From Candidatus Paceibacter sp. (GTDB taxonomy: Bacteria; Patescibacteriota; Minisyncoccia; UBA6257; JAGOQP01), in assembly GCA_020724905.1 (NCBI GenBank), contig DYGB01000001.1, forward strand, positions 65,866 through 129,865: DNA of 64,000 nt. Direction: 5' to 3'. Below are positions 9,815 to 20,044 of this stretch, piece by piece. The notes under the pieces were generated by a model, which saw only the letters and a program-made list of their open reading frames with translations, was not told the DNA's origin and searched no databases. The position numbers and the translations under genes were made by a program. Position 1 is the first letter of the stretch. Each line of letters begins with the position of its first letter.

Positions 9815-12800
9815 TTAATTTCCTCCTGGATTGGTCTCACCACCACCAAGATTATATGCCCTGATAGTAACATTACATGAGATATTTCCAAAATCATCAC
9901 TCACCGTACCAACAGCAGTATAGGTACCACTTGTCCTATAATCATGTGTATGTTGAGCAACAGCATATGAAGGCCTTCCATCACCAGGGTTAATTGAATA
10001 ACTCTTTGTTCCGCTCCCCCCCGTAGCATTCAATGTGAACTGAGTCCAGAAAGGCACAATACCTTCTGTTTTTGATGCACTTAACGTACATGCGAGAGGT
10101 TCAATTGGAGCATTAACCGTAACAGGTACTGTAGCAGTAGCTCGTGCGCCTAGAGCATCAGTAACTCTTCCTATCGCAGTATATGAACCCTGTCCATAGG
10201 TATATTCATATGAAGCACTAGAACTGTCCCACCTACCATCTCCATTTGCATCAATCTCATAAGTGTATGGAACAGCTCCATGGTTTGTAACGGTGAGAGT
10301 AAGAGTTGATGTAAGTGGAGCATTTCCTGTAGAAGGAGTTACACTCAAGGAAGCTCCTATTGGATCTGGATCTGGTGGAGAAATATCAGAAACACTAAGT
10401 ACTGAGGAAGCATTCCCCGAAACACCTTCTCGTGATGCAGTCACCGTAAATGGATATGAATTGTTTTCAACACTTGTAGGAACTGAGAAAGTAATTGAGT
10501 GACATGATGCTCCTTCTGGAGCTGTCCCACCATCACAATTACTCCAACTCACATTGGTAAAGGAATGTGTTACTCCAGTAGTAAGTGGTTCTGGAGAAAG
10601 AGAGAAGTGTTCTGGAGAAAGTGCTCCTACACTTCCTGTACGTACTGCTGTGATGGGGAATGAAACAGTTGCAGTAGTTGATCCTCTTTTTATATTCTTT
10701 TGGGCAGGCATAGAAAGAGTGATGCTTCTTGATGGAACAACGACGGTGTCTTTAGTAAGAGTAATCATTGAAGAATCACTGTCGATGACATTTCCCCCAA
10801 TATCATTTACCGCAACACTGAATGTATCTTCAAGTCCATCCTCTGATCCTGGTGCATTTGAAGCAACGCTAACGGTAAGAGTAAATTGTTGTTCATTCTC
10901 ACCAACTCGAGCTCTTGTATTAAGAGCAAATGATCCCGTAACACCAGTAGGAAGGGAATCAACCGAAAGATCTGAAACAGTAAATCCATCTATATCGGCT
11001 GGACGTACAATGTTCACATTATATGTCGTTGAAACACTCCCTGATTTAGGAACTGTAACATTCCTATTATCAGGACTGAGGGTAAGTTCAACACTCTCGC
11101 CTGGTTCTGGATCATCCTCAAGAGACACTCTAAGTGAAGATGTCGTTGACTCTGAAGAACCATCATCTGTTGTTGCTGTAAATGTTATATCCTTTTCTCC
11201 TAGTTGTGTATTAGGACGAACATTAAGCGTTACCGTGAAGATGTCTGAGTTCACATTGTTTGTTGTATGTGTGATGACAGGAGAGCCTATATTTGCATGT
11301 TCAGTAACCACAGTAATATTGTCTTTGGTAAATGCGAAGGAAGGAGTCTTTGCAACGGTTACCTCGTATGAGACTGGAACAGTTCCGGTGGTTGGACGAA
11401 TAACTGTTTCTGATGCAGGAGATGAGGTAACGGTAAAGGTTCCTGGGGATGACACGTTAAGTGAAGATGTTGTCCATTTCGTTTCACTTCCTGTTGAAGC
11501 ATAGAACGTTATATCCTTTTCTCCTAGTTGTGTATTAGGACGAACATTAAGCGTTACCGTGAAGATGTCTGAGTTCACATTGTTTGTTGTATGTGTGATG
11601 ACAGGAGAGCCTATATTTGCATGTTCAGTAACCACAGTAATATTGTCTTTGGTAAATGCGAAGGAAGGAGTCTTTGCAACGGTTACCTCGTATGAGACTG
11701 GAACAGTTCCGGTGGTTGGACGAATAACTGTTTCTGATGCAGGAGATGAGGTAACAGTAAAGGTTCCTGGAGCTGGAGGTGCAGTAATAGTAAGTTTAGC
11801 TTGTCGTGATCGAGATTCAGCACCTGCATTAGCAGTAACAGTAATTAGATGCTCTCCAAGTTGTGCATGTGGGGCAACGGATAGAGTTACCTCAAAGATA
11901 TCAAGAGTAGACCCATTAAGACTATGGGTAACAGATTTCTTTGTAACACCTGTAGGGAGATTGGTAACTGCAATGCTAGAAGGAACAAAGTTAAATGAAG
12001 GATCTGATTTGCTCACAATAGCAGTGTATGAAACATCTTTTGTTCCACTAGTTGGACGTTCTACACTTTTTCCGTCTGGAAGACTAGGAATAAGGGTAAG
12101 GACAAACTGAGGATTAGGAACATCTTCCTCTATAACACTAAAGGATCCTGAATATGTTTGAGAAATACTCTGTCCAGAAGTTGAAGTAGCAGAAACTCCT
12201 ATATCAACGATAAAACCTCCTAACTCAGTTAGCTGTTGTGTATCTACATATACTGCGTATTCATCCTGTGTTGCAGTAGTACTAACACGACTCACCCGTG
12301 CTTCAGGAGATACTGTTGTAGCATCTCCTCCTTTTGCTGGATTTTGTTTTCTTATCTCTAAAATAGTAGCGTTTGTACTTGCTATATTCTGTTTTTCTAA
12401 GATGAGGGTATGTGTACGAACATTACTTTCAAGGCGCACAACTTCTGTATCTACATTAGAAACAGATCCAGAAAGAGAATATGGATCTTCTGCGGGAGCA
12501 GAAACCCCAAGATCAGCAATCGCCTCAGCAATAACTGTTCGAGGAGCATTTGGATGCGCAAACTGAGGAACATCATAAGTAGGAGCGTTAGGAAGTGTAC
12601 GAGTATAAAGATGTAGCTTATACTGACCACCTACCTGAGCTGCATTTGTTGGCGTTGCAGTAAAGAATGCGTTATTCCCATTTGAATACACATTTGAAAA
12701 TGTAATTTCTGTTCCTGTTACATTAACGCCATTTCTATACGCAACAGGTGCCCAATTCCAATTCTGTGTGGTATACACATTTCCACCATCTTGTCTTACA

Positions 12801-14122
12801 ACTTTAAATGTCGTTGCTTGTCCTTTTTGAACAACATCATTTTGCTTTCCATCAAACTGAACACAGTATGGACAGGTGTATGAAACGGAACCTCTTGCAA
12901 CTGCACCATCGTATGATGCTTCAAAATACACAGTATCAGGACTATATCCATCTGGCTGGAAAAAGACTCCAGGATCTGAAGCACTGCTCTCTCCAAGCCC
13001 ACTAAGAAGAGCAAACTTTCCAGTGAAAGGATTTACATGATTTGCGGTAAGTTTAAGAAGACTTAGGTTTTGAATATTGTATGCACCAGCATTTAAGATA
13101 GACAGTGATGGACCACCAGCAGCATGAAGATCTATTGGTTGCCATGTTCCTCCTTCTTGGAATACATCAATTGTGATTGTTTCACTTTTTGAAGCTTCTC
13201 CTCTTCCACTATCATAAATGGCGGTAAAGGTAATAGGATGCTTCCGTATTGGAGCATCTTTATAAATACGAAGTGTAAGATATGTTGTGCCAGAAAAGGT
13301 ACTCCCTAACGCACTTCCCCTGGTAAGAGAAACGTCTACTGGATTTGGAGTAACACGAACAAGATCAGTAGATCGTGTACTATTAGAAACAGCAGCAGTA
13401 TAGTACACATCACGATCACCAATGGCACTATTGTCATTAATATACAGATCAACTCTTACGGTAACATCTTTGTATTGATCGGTGGTAGGAGCTTTTATCT
13501 TAACGGTACGATTATTTGGAGCATATCCAACTTTCAAATTTACTGCCCCAATAGCATCATCAGAAGAATTACTCCACACCCACTCTCGAAGAAGGAAATC
13601 TCCCGCCTTTCCAAGGGTAACGCTTTTACTTTCTGGGTACAATGAGATACGAGTTTCTTGTTCTCCTAGATTCAAAAGTCCTGGTAATCTTGTTTGGAGT
13701 GTATTATTGGTATAGTACTCAACCTCTATAGGAAATGAGAGATATCCACCAAATGATCCTGGTATAATCTGAGCAACAACATCAAGTGATGCCTCAGTTC
13801 CATTTTCAAGAGATCCAGGGCCATCTTTAACAAGAGTGAGGGGCCCCTTGTTCTCAACCCCATTAACAAAGAACTTAACTCCTGAGCTACTCATAAGACC
13901 AGAAATAACAATCTGATCAGCGATTTCTGGGAAGAAGGCATAGACAGAGAGCTCAACATCTCCTCCACTTGAAGGCACAGCAATGTTTGCTCCCGATCCA
14001 GTAATATCCTCACCATTTATAGTTGCAAAAGAGGTTCCATCTGCTTGAGCAAACGATCCCCCAATCATAAACAATGATGCGACGATAGCACAAATTAAAA
14101 ATACCTTAGACAAATATCTCAT
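9815..14122 (-). CDS. Large secreted surface protein (1435 aa) with tandem Ig-like repeats and two C-terminal PKD-like domains
   Basis: Signal peptide; S/T/V-rich beta repeats; PKD-like GNAPLTSTLT...YTYGQGSYTA and GIVPFWTQFT...HDYRTSGTYTA. Confidence 0.85.
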   Translation of the reverse strand: MRYLSKVFLICAIVASLFMIGGSFAQADGTSFATINGEDITGSGANIAVPSSGGDVELSVYAFFPEIADQIVISGLMSSSGVKFFVNGVENKGPLTLVKDGPGSLENGTEASLDVVAQIIPGSFGGYLSFPIEVEYYTNNTLQTRLPGLLNLGEQETRISLYPESKSVTLGKAGDFLLREWVWSNSSDDAIGAVNLKVGYAPNNRTVKIKAPTTDQYKDVTVRVDLYINDNSAIGDRDVYYTAAVSNSTRSTDLVRVTPNPVDVSLTRGSALGSTFSGTTYLTLRIYKDAPIRKHPITFTAIYDSGRGEASKSETITIDVFQEGGTWQPIDLHAAGGPSLSILNAGAYNIQNLSLLKLTANHVNPFTGKFALLSGLGESSASDPGVFFQPDGYSPDTVYFEASYDGAVARGSVSYTCPYCVQFDGKQNDVVQKGQATTFKVVRQDGGNVYTTQNWNWAPVAYRNGVNVTGTEITFSNVYSNGNNAFFTATPTNAAQVGGQYKLHLYTRTLPNAPTYDVPQFAHPNAPRTVIAEAIADLGVSAPAEDPYSLSGSVSNVDTEVVRLESNVRTHTLILEKQNIASTNATILEIRKQNPAKGGDATTVSPEARVSRVSTTATQDEYAVYVDTQQLTELGGFIVDIGVSATSTSGQSISQTYSGSFSVIEEDVPNPQFVLTLIPSLPDGKSVERPTSGTKDVSYTAIVSKSDPSFNFVPSSIAVTNLPTGVTKKSVTHSLNGSTLDIFEVTLSVAPHAQLGEHLITVTANAGAESRSRQAKLTITAPPAPGTFTVTSSPASETVIRPTTGTVPVSYEVTVAKTPSFAFTKDNITVVTEHANIGSPVITHTTNNVNSDIFTVTLNVRPNTQLGEKDITFYASTGSETKWTTSSLNVSSPGTFTVTSSPASETVIRPTTGTVPVSYEVTVAKTPSFAFTKDNITVVTEHANIGSPVITHTTNNVNSDIFTVTLNVRPNTQLGEKDITFTATTDDGSSESTTSSLRVSLEDDPEPGESVELTLSPDNRNVTVPKSGSVSTTYNVNIVRPADIDGFTVSDLSVDSLPTGVTGSFALNTRARVGENEQQFTLTVSVASNAPGSEDGLEDTFSVAVNDIGGNVIDSDSSMITLTKDTVVVPSRSITLSMPAQKNIKRGSTTATVSFPITAVRTGSVGALSPEHFSLSPEPLTTGVTHSFTNVSWSNCDGGTAPEGASCHSITFSVPTSVENNSYPFTVTASREGVSGNASSVLSVSDISPPDPDPIGASLSVTPSTGNAPLTSTLTLTVTNHGAVPYTYEIDANGDGRWDSSSASYEYTYGQGSYTAIGRVTDALGARATATVPVTVNAPIEPLACTLSASKTEGIVPFWTQFTLNATGGSGTKSYSINPGDGRPSYAVAQHTHDYRTSGTYTAVGTVSDDFGNISCNVTIRAYNLGGGETNPGGN
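11184..11770. repeat. Near-identical tandem duplication within the surface protein gene: 11184-11446 and 11508-11770, period 324 bp (108 aa)
   Basis: Direct comparison of the two 263-bp copies; one synonymous difference noticed (gtaacGgta vs gtaacAgta). Confidence 0.95.
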
Positions 14123-14205
14123 GTACGTTTTTATATATAATTACTATGCTTCTAGTATAGAGTATTTTATAGTATAAATCTAGAAACTATTTCCCTTTAT
14201 AAATA

Positions 14206-14230
14206 AAGCCCCTAAAACATCTAGGGGCCC
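14206..14230. terminator. Hairpin terminator downstream of the T9SS-CTD gene
   Basis: gcccctaaaacatctaggggc. Confidence 0.6.
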
Positions 14231-14233
14231 TTC

Positions 14234-15310
14234 CTATTTCAAAAAGAGCATCTTTTTTGAGATAGGTTTTTTATGGGGGGAGGTAAGAGTATACATATAG
14301 ACACCGCTAGGAAGATTACTTCCAGAAAAATCAACTTCAAGACGATGATTTCCAGCTCCATAGTATCCATCAGCAACTCTCATTACTCGCTCTCCAAGGA
14401 TAGAATAGATATCAACGCGTATATATCCACTCACTGGAAGAGAAAATGTAATATATGTCGATGGATTAAAAGGATTGGGATAGTTCTGATACAGAATATA
14501 CTCTGAAACGAGATTATCCTCTTCACGATACGAAGTAAGGGAAAAATCATCCAATACCAAAAATGTTGTGTCGTTCCCATGTTTATCGTAGTCAACAGCT
14601 ACAATCTTAGAGAACCACCATCCTAATTCTTGTGTGTAAGATTCAGTTGTTTCCATCGAAGACATCACGTTTATTGTGAGCCCTTCATAAACAAAACCCG
14701 TATCAACATTTTGGTTATACAGAGCCTCAGGCATCTTAATAACAAAGGTGACTGGAGTATGTACCGAATCCCAAGGAGTACTACTTCCAATACCAAGCAT
14801 ATACACACCACGATAATGAGTTTCTTCTCTGTACCAGATATTGAAATCAAACCACGGTGTAGGCGTTGTATCACTTTCAAAAAAATCAAGATTGGCAGAA
14901 ATCCAAAACTCTCGAGGAAGGGTAAATGTTTGAACATTCTTTCTAAAAAATGTATTCATCCAAAAGAGTGAATCTTCTGAAAATGGAATAGGAGTAGACT
15001 CTCCTTTGTGATAAAAAGTCTGACCCTCTTGTCCATATTTTTCAGAAAAATAAGATCCAATCTCACGATAGATACCATCGGATGCAAAGGGAGAAAATTC
15101 CCACCCATTTACTGATCCCACATAGGGAGAATCAGCAAGGGAATAGGTATAATTAGGTACTACTAGATTTGAATCGGCATACAATAGTGTTGTGCCCCTA
15201 TCAATATCAACTACTTTCATAGGACGTTCCACAACAATATACTCCTGAGCTATAGGAGCTCGAATAAACACCGTGAAGAGAAAAACAGAAATAATGATAA
15301 TCCGTTTCAT
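14234..15310 (-). CDS. Secreted protein with a C-terminal T9SS type A (Por secretion) sorting-like domain
   Basis: Signal peptide; C-terminus LYQNYPNPFNPSTYITFSLP...IYSILGERV...NLPSGVYMYTL...SKKMLFLK; AAGGAGG RBS. Confidence 0.85.
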   Translation of the reverse strand: MKRIIIISVFLFTVFIRAPIAQEYIVVERPMKVVDIDRGTTLLYADSNLVVPNYTYSLADSPYVGSVNGWEFSPFASDGIYREIGSYFSEKYGQEGQTFYHKGESTPIPFSEDSLFWMNTFFRKNVQTFTLPREFWISANLDFFESDTTPTPWFDFNIWYREETHYRGVYMLGIGSSTPWDSVHTPVTFVIKMPEALYNQNVDTGFVYEGLTINVMSSMETTESYTQELGWWFSKIVAVDYDKHGNDTTFLVLDDFSLTSYREEDNLVSEYILYQNYPNPFNPSTYITFSLPVSGYIRVDIYSILGERVMRVADGYYGAGNHRLEVDFSGSNLPSGVYMYTLTSPHKKPISKKMLFLK

Positions 15311-15357
15311 AACAAACCTCCTTTATGTATGTAAATGTTCTTTTTTGTTCTATTTAT

Positions 15358-15428
15358 ATTATACAATGAGTACAAAAAAGAGCAATGGTTATATTCTATA
15401 TTGACATAAAAAGAAAACATTGTATTAT
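15358..15428. promoter_or_regulatory. Back-to-back sigma70-like promoters (minus TTGCTC-16-TATAAT; plus TTGACA-16-TATTAT)
   Basis: Hexamers at 15358-15363/15380-15385 and 15401-15406/15423-15428. Confidence 0.55.
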
Positions 15429-15468
15429 ACACACATCACATTAATAATTTCATATCTGAGGAGGAGTT

Positions 15469-15972
15469 ATGTCGAAAAAATCCAAGCATCTCTTTACCAC
15501 AGCACAACTAGGATCACTTTTTGTATTTATCGCTCCTTTTGCGCTCTGTATACACATATTTGGTAACAGCCCACTTACAAAGGAACGCTTTGTGACAGCT
15601 GTTATCTGTGGAGGGATGTTCCTTACATTAGCGGTTATTATTGCAGTCACAAAACTAGTAAAAAACAAGGAGTTTGGATTTTACTGGTTTTTATCTTCTT
15701 CCCTCTCAATTATGGCAATTGAGCTATCGTTTGTAACATTACTGATAACAGGAAGCTTTGCTTCCACAACAATGATAAACAATCCGCTGACAGTTGCCAT
15801 ACTTGTCATGACAACTATTGTGGTGATTTTCCTTGTTATGATATCCTCTCATGTAATAGACAGTATTGAGGAATACTATGATATTCCAAAAAGAAGTACT
15901 GCATGGAGGAGTATATTCCAAATGATGTATATAACCGGTATAATCATCCTCTCATACTACGCACTCATATAA
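15469..15972 (+). CDS. Hypothetical integral membrane protein (about 5 TM)
   Basis: Hydrophobic 167 aa; GAGGAGG RBS; terminator follows. Confidence 0.75.
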   Translation: MSKKSKHLFTTAQLGSLFVFIAPFALCIHIFGNSPLTKERFVTAVICGGMFLTLAVIIAVTKLVKNKEFGFYWFLSSSLSIMAIELSFVTLLITGSFASTTMINNPLTVAILVMTTIVVIFLVMISSHVIDSIEEYYDIPKRSTAWRSIFQMMYITGIIILSYYALI

Positions 15973-15975
15973 CAA

Positions 15976-15997
15976 AACCGACCCCTTGGGGTCGGTT
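15976..15997. terminator. Bidirectional terminator between convergent genes
   Basis: aaccgacccc-tt-ggggtcggtt flanked by A/T runs. Confidence 0.8.
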
Positions 15998-16000
15998 CTT

Positions 16001-16936
16001 TTACACATCTTCCATTTTCACCTTGTCGTATATGTTAAGAATAGCATTCACCCCATCCCCCATTGCGGTATTAATCTGATGATACAGTTCATCGGTAATG
16101 TCCCCTGCAGCCCAGATACGGGGATGTGATGTCTGAAATGTTTTTCGATCAACTTTAATTGTGTTCTTCTCGGTCAGATCAACAAGGTCAGAAACAAGAG
16201 AGGTATTGGGAATATACCCAATAGCAACAAATGCACCTGCAACAGGAAGTTCTCCTTCCTCCTCTGTTAGAGTATCTTTCCAGGTTACTCCAGAAAGAAA
16301 TGCTTCTCCCTCAAACGTCTTTACTTCACGGTTTAAATGAATATGAACATTTTCATGCTTCGCTATCCGTTCTTGGTATACTGCATCTGCTCGTAGTACC
16401 CCTGATCGTTGAAAAACATGAATGTTTTTAGCATAAGGAAGAAGATCGATAATAGCTTCAAACGCACTGTTTCCTCCTCCAATAACCACAACATCTTTGT
16501 CCTTCATGAGAGGAGCATCACAGATAGAGCAATAAAAGACTCCCTTTCCTTCAAATTCCCTCTCACCAGGAGTCTCAAGTCGTTTATACTGACTCCCCAA
16601 AGCAAGTAAAAGATACTTCGAACGATATTCTTTCCCTTGCCCATCAACAACTACCACACAGTTGTCCTCCTCAGATACACTCACTACCTCAACACCTGTC
16701 TCAACAGTGATGTGATCCTGAGCACGTAAATGATTTTGAAGTACTTCAGAAAATTCCATTCCTGAAAGTTTTTCAAAACCGATAAAATTTTCAATTGATC
16801 CAGAATTAAGAGATTGTCCTCCTATTTCTTTGGTGAGAAGAAGACTTGAGAGTCTTTTTCTCGATGCATAGATGCCTGCTGCAACACCAGCAGGACCTCC
16901 TCCCACGATAATAACATCGTACACGTTATTGTTCAT
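16001..16936 (-). CDS. trxB: Thioredoxin reductase (TrxB/AhpF-like FAD oxidoreductase)
   Basis: GGGPAG, CSICD redox motif, GGGNSA, WAAGD; start at ATG 16936 overlapping the glutaredoxin stop. Confidence 0.88.
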   Translation of the reverse strand: MNNNVYDVIIVGGGPAGVAAGIYASRKRLSSLLLTKEIGGQSLNSGSIENFIGFEKLSGMEFSEVLQNHLRAQDHITVETGVEVVSVSEEDNCVVVVDGQGKEYRSKYLLLALGSQYKRLETPGEREFEGKGVFYCSICDAPLMKDKDVVVIGGGNSAFEAIIDLLPYAKNIHVFQRSGVLRADAVYQERIAKHENVHIHLNREVKTFEGEAFLSGVTWKDTLTEEEGELPVAGAFVAIGYIPNTSLVSDLVDLTEKNTIKVDRKTFQTSHPRIWAAGDITDELYHQINTAMGDGVNAILNIYDKVKMEDV

Positions 16937-17189
16937 TGATGTCTGTTGGACTCTGTTCTTCAGTTTCTGCAAGCGCAGTATCAATTGCCCCTCTATCAAA
17001 CCCAACAATAATAGTTCCGTTAATATCAAGTACAGGAACACCCATTTGTCCTGATTTTTGGACCATTTCAGCTGCTGCTGCAGTATCCTCCTGAACATTT
17101 ACATCCTTAAAGGGAACGCCCTTTACGCCCAAGTACTCCTTTGCCATTTTGCAGTATGGGCACTGCGTTGTTGAATAAATAGTAATCAT
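16926..17189 (-). CDS. Glutaredoxin/NrdH-like redoxin
   Basis: CPYC, SGQMGVPV, IVGFD. Confidence 0.92.
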   Translation of the reverse strand: MITIYSTTQCPYCKMAKEYLGVKGVPFKDVNVQEDTAAAAEMVQKSGQMGVPVLDINGTIIVGFDRGAIDTALAETEEQSPTDINEQ

Positions 17190-17219
17190 ATGACCACCAC
17201 CTTAACATACTTTAAAAGA

Positions 17220-17948
17220 CTATTGCAACTCTTGACTGCTTTCTCCAGAAAGCGCCTCTTCATATGAAGCAATATCAAATGCATTCACCTGAATACCATT
17301 TACAAAGACCGTTGGTGTAGAGACACGTCCATCCATCGCAGCTTCAGCATCAGCCATATGCTGTGCGATCATCTGATCTGCATCGGATGATGCATAACAT
17401 GCTTCAAATGCTTCAACGTCCCCTCCTTGCTCTGTAATAACTCCTTCAAAAAAACGATCAACTAAGTTTCCATTGTTCTCATTTCCACCAGCAGCAAGCT
17501 GTTCTGCTTCAGCAACAAATATTGCATCATGCATCTCCCAGAAGAGATTCTGCTCTGCAGCACAATATGATGCTTTAGCAGCATTATCTGATTCACGAGG
17601 AAGTGCATAGTTATCATAGGAATCAATGAAGGTAAGAATCTTTGTTACCTTGTGAGCGCGTCCAGTATCGATAAACTGTTCACGAACCTGTTGTTCTACA
17701 TTAGCAAAATAAGAAACACAAGCAGAACACTGAAAATCAATAAATTCAACGATACGCCCAGGAGCGTTTATATCTCCAAGAACTGCCTCTCCTCTATCCT
17801 CAAGACCACTTCGTCCATCATCTACTGGTCCTGTTGGTGTTGGACTGTCTTGCAAGACTGCAAATACGATGAGACCAATAGCAACAAGGGCACTGACCCC
17901 AATAATAATATAGTTTAGCGCTGATCCACGAGATTGTTTTATGTCCAT
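17220..17948 (-). CDS. Membrane-anchored DsbA-family thiol-disulfide oxidoreductase
   Basis: N-terminal TM; EFIDFQCSAC; STPTVFVNG. Confidence 0.88.
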   Translation of the reverse strand: MDIKQSRGSALNYIIIGVSALVAIGLIVFAVLQDSPTPTGPVDDGRSGLEDRGEAVLGDINAPGRIVEFIDFQCSACVSYFANVEQQVREQFIDTGRAHKVTKILTFIDSYDNYALPRESDNAAKASYCAAEQNLFWEMHDAIFVAEAEQLAAGGNENNGNLVDRFFEGVITEQGGDVEAFEACYASSDADQMIAQHMADAEAAMDGRVSTPTVFVNGIQVNAFDIASYEEALSGESSQELQ

Positions 17949-17990
17949 ATGTATTTATAGTACACTTAGTAATAAGAATATTAGTATAAA

Positions 17991-19274
17991 ATGATTACCC
18001 GTATAAAACAACTTGTCGCATTACTGGGAGATCTCGCTCTTCTCTATGGAGCGCTATTTCTTACGCTTTTAATTCGCTATCAATCAATACAACATGTTGA
18101 TGCACACCTCATCCCTTTTTCGTGCATCTTTATCGTATGGATTATTCTCCTCTACGCATTTGGATTCTATGAGATAAAAAATCTTAAAAATACGATAGAG
18201 TTTGGCGTTCTGTTCTTACTAGCTATTGGAATAGGAATGATTAGCGCTATTGTGCTCTTCTACCTTATCCCTTCCTTTCATATCTCACCAAAAACAAATC
18301 TTGTCATCTTCTCTGGAGTCTTTATGGTGCTAGGGCTTTTGTGGAGATTTATATTTAATACAGCAACACGAGGATACACCCAAACAGTTCTAGTGATAGG
18401 GAATAGTTCTCACGGGCAAGAGATCCTCTCTTATATCACACACAACCCTCATATTGGGTATGTTCCCTTTCATATTACAGATCCTTCAGTAGAAAGAATT
18501 CAGGAGGCACTCCGAAACCATCCTGAGTATGTCGTCTATGACCCTCAACTCTTTGAACATGAGGGTCCTTTTTCTACACTCTCACAGCTCCTGGTAACAT
18601 CTCAGAGCACGTCATATCATACTCATGAATTCTATGAATTATTGTTAAAGAAAGTTCCTCTGACCAAAACATCCTACACCCCACCACAACGATCCTTCTA
18701 CCTTTCAATTCGTCCTCTTATAGAAAAGATTATTGCACTCATTCTTTGTATTATCCTTCTCCCTCTTCTACTTCTCATCTACCTCCTTGTTGTTCTTACC
18801 TCAAAAGGAGGAGGTATCTACTTACAAGAACGTATCGGAAAACATGAGAAACCATTTCTCATATACAAATTTAGAACCATGGTACATGATGCAGAAAAAC
18901 AAGGCCCTCAGTTTGCTACCCATCAAGATCCTCGTATCACCCTCATTGGACGCTTTCTTCGCTTTACCCACCTTGATGAACTCCCTCAGTTGATAAATGT
19001 GATAAAGGGAGATGTCTCATTTGTAGGGCCACGACCAGAACGTCCTCCCTTTGTATCAGAGCTTAAAAAACAAATTCCTCTCTACAGCATCAGACATACC
19101 ATACACCCAGGTATTACCGGATGGGCACAGGTACAGTATCGGTATGGGTCAAACAAAGAAGATGCAGAAGAAAAACTACGCTTTGACCTCTACTATGTAA
19201 AACATCAATCATTCTTTCTTGATCTTATTATTCTCACAAAGACAATAAAGATGGTATTTTTTAATTATAAATAG
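17991..19274 (+). CDS. Polyprenyl-phosphate glycosylphosphotransferase (WcaJ/WbaP-like initiating sugar transferase)
   Basis: N-terminal TMs; YKFRTM, DPRIT, LDELPQLINV, VGPRPERP, PGITGWAQV. Confidence 0.92.
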   Translation: MITRIKQLVALLGDLALLYGALFLTLLIRYQSIQHVDAHLIPFSCIFIVWIILLYAFGFYEIKNLKNTIEFGVLFLLAIGIGMISAIVLFYLIPSFHISPKTNLVIFSGVFMVLGLLWRFIFNTATRGYTQTVLVIGNSSHGQEILSYITHNPHIGYVPFHITDPSVERIQEALRNHPEYVVYDPQLFEHEGPFSTLSQLLVTSQSTSYHTHEFYELLLKKVPLTKTSYTPPQRSFYLSIRPLIEKIIALILCIILLPLLLLIYLLVVLTSKGGGIYLQERIGKHEKPFLIYKFRTMVHDAEKQGPQFATHQDPRITLIGRFLRFTHLDELPQLINVIKGDVSFVGPRPERPPFVSELKKQIPLYSIRHTIHPGITGWAQVQYRYGSNKEDAEEKLRFDLYYVKHQSFFLDLIILTKTIKMVFFNYK

Positions 19275-19339
19275 GTTAACTTAGGTAGTATGATTAACAT
19301 ACGTTAACCATTGACGTCTGGTTAACATAGATATATACT
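19275..19339 (+). promoter_or_regulatory. TA promoter TTGACG-17-TATACT with GTTAAC operator repeats
   Basis: -35 at 19311-19316 lies inside the inverted repeat GTTAACCA-N8-TGGTTAAC (19303-19326); extra GTTAAC at 19275; -10 at 19334-19339, 7 nt before the ATG. Confidence 0.75.
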
Positions 19340-19346
19340 ACATATA

Positions 19347-19619
19347 ATGGAAAATAACAAAGAGAAGGAATTCCTTTCAACAATAGAAGTAGCTCAATTA
19401 CTTGGCATCAGCAGAATTGCTGTTTTTAAGCGTATCAAAAAAGGAACCCTCCCTGCTCAAAAAATAGGAGAACAATATGTTATTGCAAAAAAAGATCTTA
19501 ACTTAGAAAAACTCCACAGCCCCCTCTCTCAGAAAAGAAAAGATGAATTAAAAAAAAGTATTTCACATATCTTAGAACGATATGAAGAGGCATTTAAACT
19601 TCTTGGGAAAACAGAGTAA
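19347..19619 (+). CDS. Excisionase-type HTH protein, putative antitoxin
   Basis: FLSTIEVAQLLGISRIAVFKRIKKGTLPAQKIG; directly abuts the Doc gene. Confidence 0.8.
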   Translation: MENNKEKEFLSTIEVAQLLGISRIAVFKRIKKGTLPAQKIGEQYVIAKKDLNLEKLHSPLSQKRKDELKKSISHILERYEEAFKLLGKTE

Positions 19620-20044
19620 TGAAAAAAGTAGTATACCTCACAATCAAAGAGATTGAATTTTCTGCCTATGAACTTGCAGTACAACTCCTCACAGGGAGCG
19701 AACCGATACCACCGTTCTCAACTCGATATCCTGAAGTTCTCGAGCGATGCGTATATAGCCCACAACAAACATTTGATAAGAAGGATATGTATCCAACGCT
19801 GTATAAAAAAGCGTCAATTCTTTTTTATACACTTATCAAGAATCATCCTTTCAAAAACGGTAATAAACGAATAGCTCTTACATCACTCATTCTTTTTCTA
19901 GAAAAAAATGGATATACTATTACCATAGATTCAGTGCGCATTTACCGCTTCACTCTCTGGATAGCAGAAAGTGATGCAAGTTTAAAAAGTTCAGTACTAG
20001 AGATAATAGAAGAATTTATTAAAAAATACTCAACAAAACTATGA
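19619..20044 (+). CDS. Fic/Doc (death-on-curing) family toxin
   Basis: Doc-type motif HPFKNGNKR; YPTLYKKASILF. Confidence 0.9.
   Translation: MKKVVYLTIKEIEFSAYELAVQLLTGSEPIPPFSTRYPEVLERCVYSPQQTFDKKDMYPTLYKKASILFYTLIKNHPFKNGNKRIALTSLILFLEKNGYTITIDSVRIYRFTLWIAESDASLKSSVLEIIEEFIKKYSTKL

Noticed and set aside
10263..12110. Long plus-strand ORFs (316 aa, 183 aa) opposite the surface protein
   Set aside because: Antisense shadows of a S/T/V-rich repetitive gene; no independent protein features
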